This document shows, piece after piece, positions 8,780 through 18,557 of a stretch of DNA of 64,000 nucleotides (positions are counted from its first letter, which is position 1; the number at the start of each line of letters is the position of its first letter). The position numbers and the translations under genes are program-made. The notes beneath the pieces are model-generated. The model saw nothing but the letters and a program-made list of their open reading frames with translations, was not told where the DNA came from and did no database searches. The stretch covers positions 16,241-80,240 of the forward strand of contig JBEKKV010000003.1 of NCBI GenBank assembly GCA_050010555.1, given 5' to 3'. Source of the DNA: Dehalococcoidia bacterium. Its GTDB lineage: Bacteria > Chloroflexota > Dehalococcoidia > DSTF01 > JALHUB01.

Positions 8780-9429
8780 AGCGCTGGCTTGAGGACGATT
8801 GTCTCCGTCTCGGCGGGCAGGGCGTCCTTTCCCATCTCCACTTCGCTGGCATTCAGAACGCGCACGCGCTGTCGCATCTTCTGGAAAGCCTCAGAGTTCG
8901 AGACGGGGAAATCGCTGGCGCGCTCTGTGCGGAAGTGCATGGGAATAGCTATCTTCGGCTGAATCTGGTCGACGACGCGATTGGCGGTGGCAGAGTCGAT
9001 GGTGAAGTTGCCGCCGATAGGCACGAACACGACATCGACGGGGCCGATCTCGGCGAGGGTCTTGTCCGATAGCTCGTGGCCGAGGTCACCGAGATGGCAG
9101 ACGCGCACGCCGTCAAGCGTAAAGCAGAAGACGGTGTTGGAGCCGCGCTCGGCGCCGGACGACTGGTCGTGACTGGTGGGCACGCCCTTGATCTCGATGC
9201 CCTTCACCTTGTGGACGCCCGGGCCGCGCACGATCTCCGGACTGCCCTTGACGGCCGCAACGTTGTTGTGGTCCGGGTGTTCGTGGCTGACGGTGACGAT
9301 GTCCGCTTCTTCAGCCGGAGGAGCATAGGCGAGACCGAAGGCGCCGGTCGCGTAGGGATCGGTCATGACGCGGGTGCCGGCGGCGTCGCTGAGGAGAAAG
9401 CAGGCGTGTCCTAGCCATCTGACTTTCAT
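8776..9429 (-). CDS. MBL-fold metallo-hydrolase (UPF0173-like)
   Basis: 'MKVRWLGHACFLL' and the 'HEHPDH' metal-binding motif. Started at the internal ATG (Met71 of the listed ORF) with a GAGAGG RBS. It converges on pth with a 4-nt overlap. Confidence 0.7.
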   Translation of the reverse strand: MKVRWLGHACFLLSDAAGTRVMTDPYATGAFGLAYAPPAEEADIVTVSHEHPDHNNVAAVKGSPEIVRGPGVHKVKGIEIKGVPTSHDQSSGAERGSNTVFCFTLDGVRVCHLGDLGHELSDKTLAEIGPVDVVFVPIGGNFTIDSATANRVVDQIQPKIAIPMHFRTERASDFPVSNSEAFQKMRQRVRVLNASEVEMGKDALPAETETIVLKPAL

Positions 9430-9567
9430 ATGAGGCCTCTCTTCCTGATATCGAGACAATGATAGCACAAGGCGGCAATTCGTCCGCTGGTTGCTTGCAC
9501 AACTACGGGTCGCAAAGATTAGAATGTAAGGAGTCTTTCGGTCGGGCCGGACATGAGGGGGATAGGG

Positions 9568-10911
9568 ATGACATTGGAGGGCGGGCCTGAGGGCACGAGC
9601 AGCAACGCGGATAGCGCCGCGAAGCTGTTCGACCTGCATTTCGATCGCGTATACGATTTCTGTCTGCGAACGCTGGGGATGCCGGAAGCGGCGCTGGAAT
9701 CGGCGGAGGAGGCGTTCCGAAAGGCGCTGACACCTTCAGCGCCGGCGCTGGCGACCGCCACGTTTGACGTACGACTATTCTCCGCCGCCCTGGATGCGAT
9801 GGAGCCGCGCCTGAGCCTGCGCCATCCGGGCTCGATTGGGAGCAACCCGCTGTTCCATCAGGTGGACGTCGACCGACTGGGCGACGCCACGCGGGCGTCC
9901 TCGGCGCAGGAGACGGCGGCAGTCATCTGGGAGACGGCGTCGCGGCTGGACCCAGCGGACAGCGTGCTGCTTGACCTGCGCTACCGGCAGAACTTCGCAG
10001 AAGCGGACCTGGCGACGATCTTGAGCACGACCGAGAGCGCGATCAGGTCCAGGCTGTCGAAGCTGGTAAAGAAGATCGAGCCGGAGCTGTCGGCGCTTAT
10101 CGTCGGCAGGCGCGGCAGTCGCAACTGCGACGGGATGCGGCGCGCGATGCTGGGGCTGCCGATTGCGGCGACGCGCGGCCAGGTGAAGAAGGTCGTTGAT
10201 AAGCACACGCGCTCCTGTCCGCTGTGCACGGCGACGCGGATGGGAATGGCATCGCCGCTGGCGGTGCTGGCCGCATTCTCCATCGTCGCGCCTTCGGCCG
10301 GTGAAAGCGACGCGGTGAAGGAACGGCTGATGGCGGCCGCGGCATCGCTGCCCGCGGTAGCGCTGCCGGTCGCGGCGCCGACGCCCAAGCAAACGCCTGT
10401 TGCGACGCCACCACCACCGTCGCCGGTCGCGATGGGCGGAGCGGTAGGAGGAGGCGGGCCGCCGGGGATATTGGTCGGCCTGGCGTCGCTGTGGCGTAAT
10501 CTCTTCGGCGGTTTGAACGTCTCCGGCAACAAAGCACTGCCGATCATGGGCGGGGTGTTCGTGATCCTGGTAGCAATCGGCATAGCGTTCGGCACGGGCG
10601 TGCTGGGCGGCGGAGGCGGCAGCGCAGCGCCGACTCGCACGCCAACGGCGACGAGGACGGTCACTTCGACGCCTTCCCCGAAAGTGACCTCGACGCCAAC
10701 GGAGGAGGCAACGGAAACGCCGGAAGAGGCTACGGCGACGGTCGCGCCGACCGTAACACCGCCCACGGCGACGCCGTCACACGCCGCAAGCGCGACACCG
10801 AGGCCGACACGCACACCGACTGCAACGGCGGAGGCGACGGAGACCCCGACAGAGGCTCCCACGCACACGCCGCTTCCAACGAAGACGCCCACCCCAAATT
10901 CGACGCCCTAG
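9568..10911 (+). CDS. ECF-type RNA polymerase sigma factor fused to a zinc-finger (ZAS-like) anti-sigma domain, TM helices and a Thr/Pro-rich tail
   Basis: Sigma region 2-like ('FDLHFDRVYDFCLRTLG') and region 4-like ('LDLRYRQNFAEADLATILSTTESAIRSRLSKL') segments. These are followed by 'HTRSCPLC', two hydrophobic helices and a low-complexity TPTATxT tail, all in one ORF. GAGGGGG precedes the second ATG at 9568. Confidence 0.6.
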   Translation: MTLEGGPEGTSSNADSAAKLFDLHFDRVYDFCLRTLGMPEAALESAEEAFRKALTPSAPALATATFDVRLFSAALDAMEPRLSLRHPGSIGSNPLFHQVDVDRLGDATRASSAQETAAVIWETASRLDPADSVLLDLRYRQNFAEADLATILSTTESAIRSRLSKLVKKIEPELSALIVGRRGSRNCDGMRRAMLGLPIAATRGQVKKVVDKHTRSCPLCTATRMGMASPLAVLAAFSIVAPSAGESDAVKERLMAAAASLPAVALPVAAPTPKQTPVATPPPPSPVAMGGAVGGGGPPGILVGLASLWRNLFGGLNVSGNKALPIMGGVFVILVAIGIAFGTGVLGGGGGSAAPTRTPTATRTVTSTPSPKVTSTPTEEATETPEEATATVAPTVTPPTATPSHAASATPRPTRTPTATAEATETPTEAPTHTPLPTKTPTPNSTP

Positions 10912-11037
10912 AGCCATCGCTGAGAGGTTTTCAGCTCTCCAGGTTGAACTGCACCCTCTGTTAATGCTGCGTTGACGAACCCCGGCGTGTGTCCCCCTCC
11001 TGACCCCCAAACCGTAGCGTGCTATACTCGTTTAGGC

Positions 11038-12909
11038 ATGTATGTAATTGGCACCGCCGGACACGTCGACCACGGCAAGTCGGTCCTCGTCAGAGCCCTC
11101 ACCGGCATCGACCCCGACCGCCTCCAGGAGGAGAAAGACCGAGGGATGACCATCGACCTCGGCTTCGCCTGGTTGACCCTGCCCAGCGGCCGCGACGTCA
11201 GCATCGTCGATGTGCCTGGGCATGAGCGCTTCATCAGGAACATGCTGGCCGGCGTCGGCGGAATCGACCTCGCCCTGCTGGTCATCGCCGCGGACGAAGG
11301 CGTCATGCCTCAGACGCGCGAGCACCTGGCGATTCTCGACCTCCTGCAACTGAAGAGCGGCATCATCGTCATGACCAAGAAGGACCTGGTTGACGGCGAT
11401 TGGCTCGAAATCGTAGCTGAAGACGTGCGGGAGGCGGTCAAAGGCAGCGTGCTCGAAGGGGCGCCGCTCGTCGCCTGCTCCGCCATCACGCGCGAGGGGC
11501 TCGACGATCTCGTCGCCGTCATCGATCAGAGGCTCGAGGAGACGCCGCCCAAGCGGGACATCGGCCGACCGCGCCTGCCTATCGACCGCGCCTTCACCAT
11601 TGCCGGCTTCGGCACGGTGGTGACAGGAACGCTGATCGACGGCAGCTTCAGCGTTGGGCAGGAAGTGACGGTCGTGCCGGGCGGGTTGCGCGCACGCATC
11701 CGCGGCCTGCAATCGCATCGGCAGAAAGTAGAGCGCGCGTCGCCGGGGACGCGGACGGCGATAAACCTGTCCGGCGTATCGGCGGACGAGCTGCGGCGCG
11801 GTCAGGTAATTGCGCCGCCCGACACTCTGCCGCCCACCACGGCCGTCGACGTGCGATTGCGCGCGATCCGGGCGCTGCGCCGCCCGCTGCGCCATAACGC
11901 CCGCCTTTCCTTTCACAGCGGCGCCAGCGAGGTCTGGGGCAAGCTGCGCCTGCTCGACGGGGATGAGCTGGGGCCCGGCGAAGAAGGCTGGGCGCAGATA
12001 CGTCTCGACGAGCCGGTGGCAGTACTGGCCGGCGATCTCTTCGTCGTGAGGGATGCTAACAACACCCTGGGCGGCGGCCAGGTGGTCGAGGCGCAGGGAC
12101 GGCGGCACCGTCGCCACGACGTCCGCACACTCGACGCGCTTTCGTCGCTCCAAGCGGGTTCGCCCAAGAAAAGGCTCGTCACAATCGTCGAACAGCGGCA
12201 GCCGCTTGAGCAGGAGGCGCTCCTCAAGCAACTCGGCCTGCCCGAGGAGGAAGCACTGAAGCTGCTGGCGCGGCTGGTCGAATCGGGGGAGGTAGTGGCG
12301 CTTGGAGGCGGGCCGGTGGGTGACGGCGCGGCGCTGCTCACCAGAGAAGCGTTCGCGACGCTCGCTACGAAGGCCGACCTATCGATATCACAGTATTACA
12401 AGGACCACCCGCTGCGTCTGACGATGCCGAAGGAAGAGCTGCGGAGTCGCCTCGGGCTGCAATCGCGGGTGTTCAACGCAGCGGTGAAGCGTTGGCAAGA
12501 GGCCGGTCGGCTGACGGAAGCAACGGCCGGCATGGGTCTGCCCGGTCACGAAGTTCAACTTTCGGCCGCGCAGCAGGCGAAGTCGGAGGCGTTCCTTCGC
12601 GACCTCCAGGCGAACCCCTTCGGACCGAAATCGGACGCCTGGCCAGATGAGGAGCTCCTGGCGTACCTGGTCGAAAAGCGGCAGGTTGTGGCGCTGGCGG
12701 AAGGCGTGGCCTTTTCGATGCCGGCTTACCGGGAGATGGTGGAGCGCGTCGTAACGCACCTGCGACAGCACGGCAAGCTGACGCTGGCGGAGGCGCGCGA
12801 CATGTTCGCAACGAGCCGCAAGTACGTGCAGGCGCTGCTCGAGCACCTCGACGCCGAGAAAGTGACGCAGCGCGTTGGCGAGGAGCGCGTGCTGCGACCG
12901 GGACGGTAA
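11038..12909 (+). CDS. selB: Selenocysteine-specific translation elongation factor SelB
   Basis: N-terminal GTPase ('[11 protein letters not shown]', 'DVPGHERF', 'TKKDL') followed by winged-helix C-terminal domains. 623 aa. The start is Met23 of the listed ORF. Confidence 0.8.
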   Translation: MYVIGTAGHVDHGKSVLVRALTGIDPDRLQEEKDRGMTIDLGFAWLTLPSGRDVSIVDVPGHERFIRNMLAGVGGIDLALLVIAADEGVMPQTREHLAILDLLQLKSGIIVMTKKDLVDGDWLEIVAEDVREAVKGSVLEGAPLVACSAITREGLDDLVAVIDQRLEETPPKRDIGRPRLPIDRAFTIAGFGTVVTGTLIDGSFSVGQEVTVVPGGLRARIRGLQSHRQKVERASPGTRTAINLSGVSADELRRGQVIAPPDTLPPTTAVDVRLRAIRALRRPLRHNARLSFHSGASEVWGKLRLLDGDELGPGEEGWAQIRLDEPVAVLAGDLFVVRDANNTLGGGQVVEAQGRRHRRHDVRTLDALSSLQAGSPKKRLVTIVEQRQPLEQEALLKQLGLPEEEALKLLARLVESGEVVALGGGPVGDGAALLTREAFATLATKADLSISQYYKDHPLRLTMPKEELRSRLGLQSRVFNAAVKRWQEAGRLTEATAGMGLPGHEVQLSAAQQAKSEAFLRDLQANPFGPKSDAWPDEELLAYLVEKRQVVALAEGVAFSMPAYREMVERVVTHLRQHGKLTLAEARDMFATSRKYVQALLEHLDAEKVTQRVGEERVLRPGR

Positions 12910-12958
12910 CAGATGCGGGGATAGCGCGTTGCAAAGATTGGAGCGAAACTAGAATAGA

Positions 12959-13447
12959 ATGACTGAACTTAGAATCCCCACCAGCCCCGGCGAGGCCGTC
13001 CTTTTCGTGCGAACGCTGTACGGCAACCGGATCGTGCGCTTTGCGGCAGTAGGCGGCAGTTGCGGTGTGGTCCAGCTTTCCGTGCTGCACCTGCTTGCCG
13101 CCGGGATCGGCGTTCCCTGGCTCTTGGCCAACTTCATCGCCTTTATCATCTCGATGGAGCTCAACTTCAGTCTCAATCAGCTCTTCACCTGGCGTGACCG
13201 CTGGTCGAGCCAACTGACTCCGCAGCGGTTCATCGCGCGTCTGCTGATGTTCAACGCCGGAGCGTCGACCACCGGAATACCGCTCAATCAGGGCATCGCC
13301 GCGCTAATGGGTCTCTTCATGTGGTACCTGCCGGCGGCGGCCATCGGCATCTGCGTTGCGGCCAGCGCCAACTTCATCCTTAACGACCGGATTGTGTTCC
13401 GCCTCTGGAGTTCCGGCGGCGCATCCGCTACAATAAGCGAACCATAG
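12959..13447 (+). CDS. GtrA-family membrane protein (polysaccharide synthesis/flippase-associated)
   Basis: 162 aa with 4 TM segments. 'RFAAVGGSCGVVQLSVLHLL' and 'ANFIAFIISMELNFSLNQLFTWR' are typical of GtrA. Confidence 0.7.
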   Translation: MTELRIPTSPGEAVLFVRTLYGNRIVRFAAVGGSCGVVQLSVLHLLAAGIGVPWLLANFIAFIISMELNFSLNQLFTWRDRWSSQLTPQRFIARLLMFNAGASTTGIPLNQGIAALMGLFMWYLPAAAIGICVAASANFILNDRIVFRLWSSGGASATISEP

Positions 13448-13550
13448 GTTGCTCGCGTGGCAATGATGCGACCGCGAGTCTAGCGATTCGAACGTGGTAG
13501 GTAGGGCGGCGGGGGCTTCAGAGCTTGTCCTTCCTCCATAAAGATTTGCC

Positions 13551-15701
13551 ATGCCGATGACACACAAGGGGCAAATGGAGAGCGCCGACTCCGACGGGGT
13601 CGGCGCATCGCTCGCGGAAACGGAGCGACCGGCGCGCTGGAAGAAGGCCATCCTTCTCGCTGCTCTTACGGCGACCAACTTCGCGGCGCTCTGGTACGGG
13701 TTCAATCAAGGCATCGCCAGGACTCCCGCGCTGACTGCTCGCGACGGATTCCTTTGGGTCGTGCCGACCATCTTCGCAGTCTCCACCGTGTTCGCCCTGA
13801 CCGCGCCCTGGGCCGCCAAAAGAACAAGGCTTTGGGTCCGACCGATCCGCCTGATCGGCGAGATTCCCGTCATCTGGTATCCGTTGGCAAGCGCCTGCCT
13901 CACATCGTTCGTTGTCGGTCAGGTCGCCAACAGCAATCCCCCGCCTCACAACTTCTGGCCCCTTTTCGCCTTGTGGTTGATCGGTGTTGGGGCAGTCGTG
14001 GCTTGCGTGACTCCCGGGGTCAACCTGTCTGAGCTGCGGCCCGCCGCTTTGAAGGCACGCCTGTGGCCGTATCGATGGGAGATCGCAGGTGTCGGGGCTC
14101 TCACAGTCGCGGCGGCGACGATCCGGGTGGTCATTCTCACGCATTTGCCGCTGCCTTTCGAGCAGGACGAGGCGGCCATGGCCCACGAATCGCTCTACGT
14201 CATCCAGGGCGCCACGAAGAACATGTTTATGTCGGGGCTACAGGGCCACCCGACGATGCAGTTCTTTGCGGAATCGGTCTTCCTTAGAGTGTTCGGGGTA
14301 AACGTATTCGCCATCAGGCTGATCTCCGCAATGGGAGGAACCCTGGGCATACCGTTGTTCTACATCCTGCTGCGGCAGATGTTCGGTAAGCCTATTGCGA
14401 TCATTGGCGCAGTATACCTGATGGGATATCACGTCCATCTCGCCTACAGCCGGATCGGGATGGAGAACATCGGCGACCCGTTGCTCATGACGGTGACCTT
14501 CTATTTTGCCTGGCGAGCAGGCCGATTCGGCAAGAAGAGCGATTTCGTCCTCACCGGTCTGGTGTTGGGGCTCGGCCTGTACCTGTACCAGGGTTCGCGC
14601 GTTGTCCCCTTGATTGTCGCGGCCTTCTTCGGCTACTGCGTCCTCCGAAGGCCGTCATCTCTGCGTGTGATGGTGCCGGGTGCCGCAATGTTGGCGCTGG
14701 CCTACGGCGCAGCGGCCTTCCCCCTGGCGATCTTCTGGTACACACACCATGCGGAGTTCATGGATCGCATCAACACAGTCGGAATATTCCAGTCAGGCTG
14801 GGTGGACCAGCAGACAGCGGCCGGCCGCAGCTTGTTCTCCATATTGTGGCAGCAGACCTCCACCTCACTCAAAGGTTTCGTTCTCACCTCGGATAACGGT
14901 GTCTTCTACCGGGCGCCGATTCCTTACGTGGAACGCTTGAGCGTCGTTCCGTTCCTGTTAGGCCTAGCCTATGCCATCTTTCACCTGCTTGACGACCGCT
15001 TCTTCTTGCTGCTGACCGGCTTCTGCGCGGTCATATTGACGGGCGGTGTTCTGACCATGGACCCGCCGCAGGCGTCGAGGCTCATCGGTACCGCGCCGAT
15101 CGTCGTAGCATTTACGGCCATTGGCATCAAGCTGATAGCGGACTACGCCTCTCGGTGGAAACCCAGTGCCAGCTCCCTCGTCGCAGGTGTCGCCGTCGCG
15201 GCACTTGTGACCACGAACATCCATTTCTACTTCTTCCAGTACAAAGACGGCGGTTATTCTAGCGACATGCACAATCGTATCGCCGCTCAGGTCGTTAGCT
15301 ACGTACGAACGCTTCCTGAAGATACGCGGCTCTTCTGGTACGGCGATCCTCAGATGTATCTCAGCGGCAACGGTCACCCGGCGATGACGTTTCTCCTGCG
15401 AGACCGGCCACGGTTGGATGTTCTTCTGGACGGCACGGTGAAATCTGACCCGCCAGTGGACCTCACGGGCGACGCCCCAGCGGCCTTCATGTTCATGTCG
15501 CAGCGCCTCGCAGAGATGCAGCCGCTAATCGACTCCTGCCCGGGCGGAGACCTTGTGACTTACACTCTGCCCGCAGGAAGATATGGGCTTAGCGGCATTC
15601 AGACGACAGCTCAGATCAGCTTCATCGCCTATGAGGTTCTTTCCCCGAACATCTGCCTGCCGCTGACCGTTCACACCCGCTTCCCTATCCCTGTTCGATG
15701 A
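13551..15701 (+). CDS. Glycosyltransferase family 39/83 membrane protein (ArnT / dolichyl-phosphate-mannose protein mannosyltransferase-like)
   Basis: 716 aa polytopic membrane protein. The N-terminal region resembles the GT-C ArnT/PMT fold ('YVIQGATKNMFMSGLQGHPTMQFF...RLISAMGGTLGIPLFYILLRQMFG'). It is paired with the upstream GtrA gene. Confidence 0.6.
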   Translation: MPMTHKGQMESADSDGVGASLAETERPARWKKAILLAALTATNFAALWYGFNQGIARTPALTARDGFLWVVPTIFAVSTVFALTAPWAAKRTRLWVRPIRLIGEIPVIWYPLASACLTSFVVGQVANSNPPPHNFWPLFALWLIGVGAVVACVTPGVNLSELRPAALKARLWPYRWEIAGVGALTVAAATIRVVILTHLPLPFEQDEAAMAHESLYVIQGATKNMFMSGLQGHPTMQFFAESVFLRVFGVNVFAIRLISAMGGTLGIPLFYILLRQMFGKPIAIIGAVYLMGYHVHLAYSRIGMENIGDPLLMTVTFYFAWRAGRFGKKSDFVLTGLVLGLGLYLYQGSRVVPLIVAAFFGYCVLRRPSSLRVMVPGAAMLALAYGAAAFPLAIFWYTHHAEFMDRINTVGIFQSGWVDQQTAAGRSLFSILWQQTSTSLKGFVLTSDNGVFYRAPIPYVERLSVVPFLLGLAYAIFHLLDDRFFLLLTGFCAVILTGGVLTMDPPQASRLIGTAPIVVAFTAIGIKLIADYASRWKPSASSLVAGVAVAALVTTNIHFYFFQYKDGGYSSDMHNRIAAQVVSYVRTLPEDTRLFWYGDPQMYLSGNGHPAMTFLLRDRPRLDVLLDGTVKSDPPVDLTGDAPAAFMFMSQRLAEMQPLIDSCPGGDLVTYTLPAGRYGLSGIQTTAQISFIAYEVLSPNICLPLTVHTRFPIPVR

Positions 15702-15854
15702 TAGGACGCGTGCGCTTTGGGAAAGCGCGGCCACCAAACCAGCGAATAGCTGGCCGGGGCGTAATACCTCCGCTGTCTCTCCCGGCGGTAGGGGACGGAG
15801 TCTTATCCCTGTTCGATGACAGGCCGCCGCGTGCGCTTGGGGAAGACGCGGCGG
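15686..15854. repeat. Imperfect ~48-bp direct repeat (15687-15732 and 15805-15854) separated by a ~70-bp spacer
   Basis: Both copies begin with the identical 16-mer TATCCCTGTTCGATGA, then diverge to ~85% identity with a 2-3 nt indel. Copy 1 holds the GT39 stop and a GCGCTTT-ggg-AAAGCGC hairpin. Copy 2 lies inside the secF 3' coding end on the opposite strand. Confidence 0.55.
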
Positions 15855-16831
15855 AAGAGGCGCGGGATGTCGCCTTCCTCCCACGTTACCAGAATCTGGC
15901 TGGCAACGAAGATCGAGCTGTACGTTCCGGTTATCGTGCCGATGAGCATCACCACGAGGAACGGCCGGATCGTCACACCACCGATGAGGAGAAGCGCCAC
16001 AACGGCCATGATGACGGTGAAGGACGTATTCAGAGAGCGTCCGATAGTCTGAAGAATGCTGTTGTTCACGCACTCGTGAAGCGGCAAGTCGGGGTAGCGC
16101 TGGCGGTTCTCGCGGATCCGGTCGAGCACAACGATAGTGTCGTGGACGCTGAATCCAATTACGGTGAGAAGGCCGGTAATAAACATGGTGTTCACTTCCA
16201 TGTTGAAGACCTTCCCGAAGATGGAGTAGGCGCCCATCACGAGAATGACGTCGTGGCCGGTGGCGACTGTGGCAGCGATGCCGCAGCGGAACGGGTTGGG
16301 AATGGAGCGGAACGCGAAGCTTATATAGAGAAGTATGGCGACGGAAGCCGCAACGACGGCAATGGCCGCGTTCCTGCCGATCTCACGCGAAACGGTGCCC
16401 GAGACGGCGGACGACTGCACGGTCCAGGGAATCGGGTTGCCCTGGCTGTCGGTGGCCAGGCTGCCGTCGTCCTTGAGCATCGGTCCGAACTTGTTGAAGA
16501 GCGCCTGCGTTATCGATTGCTGCTCGCCGATGGGCTGCGGCGCGCCTTCGGGGGCCTGCGTTGCTGAGCCCTGAAGCTCCGACGTTCTCACCAGATAGCG
16601 GTTGACCCCTGTCGACTGCACCTTTGCCTCGGGATGGCCAAGGGTGGCCATCTCGGCCCGCATTTCCGATTCTTGGACGGTCTTCTGGAAGCTAACTTCG
16701 AACATGCTGCCGCTCGTGAACTCGATGCCCGGCTTCAGCCCCGGCGGGATGATAAGAGAGATGATGCCCGGCAAGAGCACCAGAGCCGACAGCAGATAGT
16801 ACCAGTTGCGCCGGCGAACGAAGTCGAACAT
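15803..16831 (-). CDS. secF: Protein translocase subunit SecF
   Basis: Six-TM SecF architecture. 'MFDFVRRRNWYYLLSALVLLPGIISLI'. It overlaps the secD stop by 1 nt. Confidence 0.85.
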   Translation of the reverse strand: MFDFVRRRNWYYLLSALVLLPGIISLIIPPGLKPGIEFTSGSMFEVSFQKTVQESEMRAEMATLGHPEAKVQSTGVNRYLVRTSELQGSATQAPEGAPQPIGEQQSITQALFNKFGPMLKDDGSLATDSQGNPIPWTVQSSAVSGTVSREIGRNAAIAVVAASVAILLYISFAFRSIPNPFRCGIAATVATGHDVILVMGAYSIFGKVFNMEVNTMFITGLLTVIGFSVHDTIVVLDRIRENRQRYPDLPLHECVNNSILQTIGRSLNTSFTVIMAVVALLLIGGVTIRPFLVVMLIGTITGTYSSIFVASQILVTWEEGDIPRLFRRVFPKRTRRPVIEQG

Positions 16832-18363
16832 CAGGAGCCGCCTCCCGCGGTGGGAACGCCGGCAGTCTCGCGCGGGCCGCTGTCCTTCTTTCCCGTCTGC
16901 ACGACCCAGAGGGCAGCTTTGCGCGATGCGGGTATGCTGATAACGATCCGCAGGAAGGTCCGCGTGACCAGGATCGCTGAGAACATGCTTATAAGAACAC
17001 CTATCGCGAGAGTCAGCGCGAAGCCCTTGACCAGGCTGGCGCCGAACTGATCGCCGAACCAGAAGAGGATAGCGCAGGTGATGAGCGTCGAGATGTTACT
17101 GTCGCGAATGGACGACCAGGCGCGGTTGAAACCTTCCTCCAGGGCGACGACAAGACTACGTCCTATACGAACCTCTTCTTTCATGCGCTCGAATATCAGG
17201 ATATTGGCGTCCACGGCCATACCGATCGAAAGGACGAAGGCGGCGATGCCGGAAAGCGTTAGAGTGACGGGCCAGAGCTTAAAGACGGCAAGCAGGACTG
17301 TCGCGTAGACCGACAGGGCGACCGCCGCCACGAAGCCCGGCAGGCGGTAGTACAGGATCATGAAGAGCATGATGACGAGCATGGCGATCTCGCCGGCGAT
17401 GACGCTCTTCTGGACGGAGTCATGGCCGAGCGTGGCGTCGACGTTCTCGCTCTGGACGACCTTCAGCGGGACGGGGAAGGCGCCGGCCTTGAGCAGCTTG
17501 GCAAGGGTCTGCGCGTCGGTCAGCCTCATGCCGGTGATCTGGCCGTTGCCCTTGATCACGGACTGAATCGTCGGCGCGTCAACGTGCCCGCTAGCGTCTT
17601 GGATCGGCTTGCCATCGAGGAAGATGCCCATGGGCTCGTGGAGGAGACGGGTGGTGATCTGCTCAAAGAGGTGGGCGCCCTCGCTGTTGAACGTGAAGTC
17701 GATGACAGGTTGGTTTGCCTGATCGGCGCTGAGGTAGGCGTTCGTAAGGTACTGACCCGTGAGCGGGACGACCTGGCCGTCTTCGGTGGTCGCTGTCGCG
17801 GTCACCCAATCGACACTATCGAGGCTGGGGATCTGGCTTTCCGGAACGTACGTATCAGTGCCATCGGCCTGCAAGATGGCGACGTTGCCGTTGGCGTCTC
17901 GCTTCATCTCGCGGAATTCCAGGAGGGCGGTCTTGCCAATCTCCGCCATGGCCTGTTCAGCCGTTAGACCCGGGATCTGGACTGCGATCCTGTTGCCCTG
18001 CCGCTGTATCTCGGACTCGGCGACACCGAACGTGTTGATGCGGCGTTCGATGATGTTCATGGCGCTGCTGAGCGCGTCGTCGAGGCTAGTGCCAGCCGGC
18101 GCATTCGACAGGTCAGGTTCGAGCACAAGGCGCGTGCCGCCCTTGAGGTCGAGGCCGAGGGTCATGGCGCGACGCTTCAGGTCGACCTTCTGAATCGAGT
18201 CGCCGCTGAGCTTGACGAAGGGCATGTCTATCCCCTTGCCTTCAGGCCAGGGGATAGCGCCGGGCAGGTAGTGCCACGGCTCTGAGGGCCACATGACGAT
18301 GAGTGAGAAGGCCGCGAGCAGGACGATGAATGCTAGCAGTATTCTATCGGTCGTGCGATGCAA
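16831..18363 (-). CDS. secD: Protein translocase subunit SecD
   Basis: SecD periplasmic domain plus C-terminal TM bundle. The first codon is TTG. GGGAG lies upstream. Confidence 0.85.
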   Translation of the reverse strand: MHRTTDRILLAFIVLLAAFSLIVMWPSEPWHYLPGAIPWPEGKGIDMPFVKLSGDSIQKVDLKRRAMTLGLDLKGGTRLVLEPDLSNAPAGTSLDDALSSAMNIIERRINTFGVAESEIQRQGNRIAVQIPGLTAEQAMAEIGKTALLEFREMKRDANGNVAILQADGTDTYVPESQIPSLDSVDWVTATATTEDGQVVPLTGQYLTNAYLSADQANQPVIDFTFNSEGAHLFEQITTRLLHEPMGIFLDGKPIQDASGHVDAPTIQSVIKGNGQITGMRLTDAQTLAKLLKAGAFPVPLKVVQSENVDATLGHDSVQKSVIAGEIAMLVIMLFMILYYRLPGFVAAVALSVYATVLLAVFKLWPVTLTLSGIAAFVLSIGMAVDANILIFERMKEEVRIGRSLVVALEEGFNRAWSSIRDSNISTLITCAILFWFGDQFGASLVKGFALTLAIGVLISMFSAILVTRTFLRIVISIPASRKAALWVVQTGKKDSGPRETAGVPTAGGGS

Positions 18364-18557
18364 TGCTGTTAGCCGGCTCCCATCTGATTATAAGCGGTTG
18401 TCGCGCTCCGATTCGCCCCGTCCGTGGGCCCGCTCGATGCCGTCCCTCTCGCACCGTTTGCAGAACTACGATTACTACTATAGCGTCGCAAAGGCTTACG
18501 CGCCAGCCAACTTCCGGCTTTCTTTTGTTTCTAAAACGCATCGGAGGGCGATTGGTT

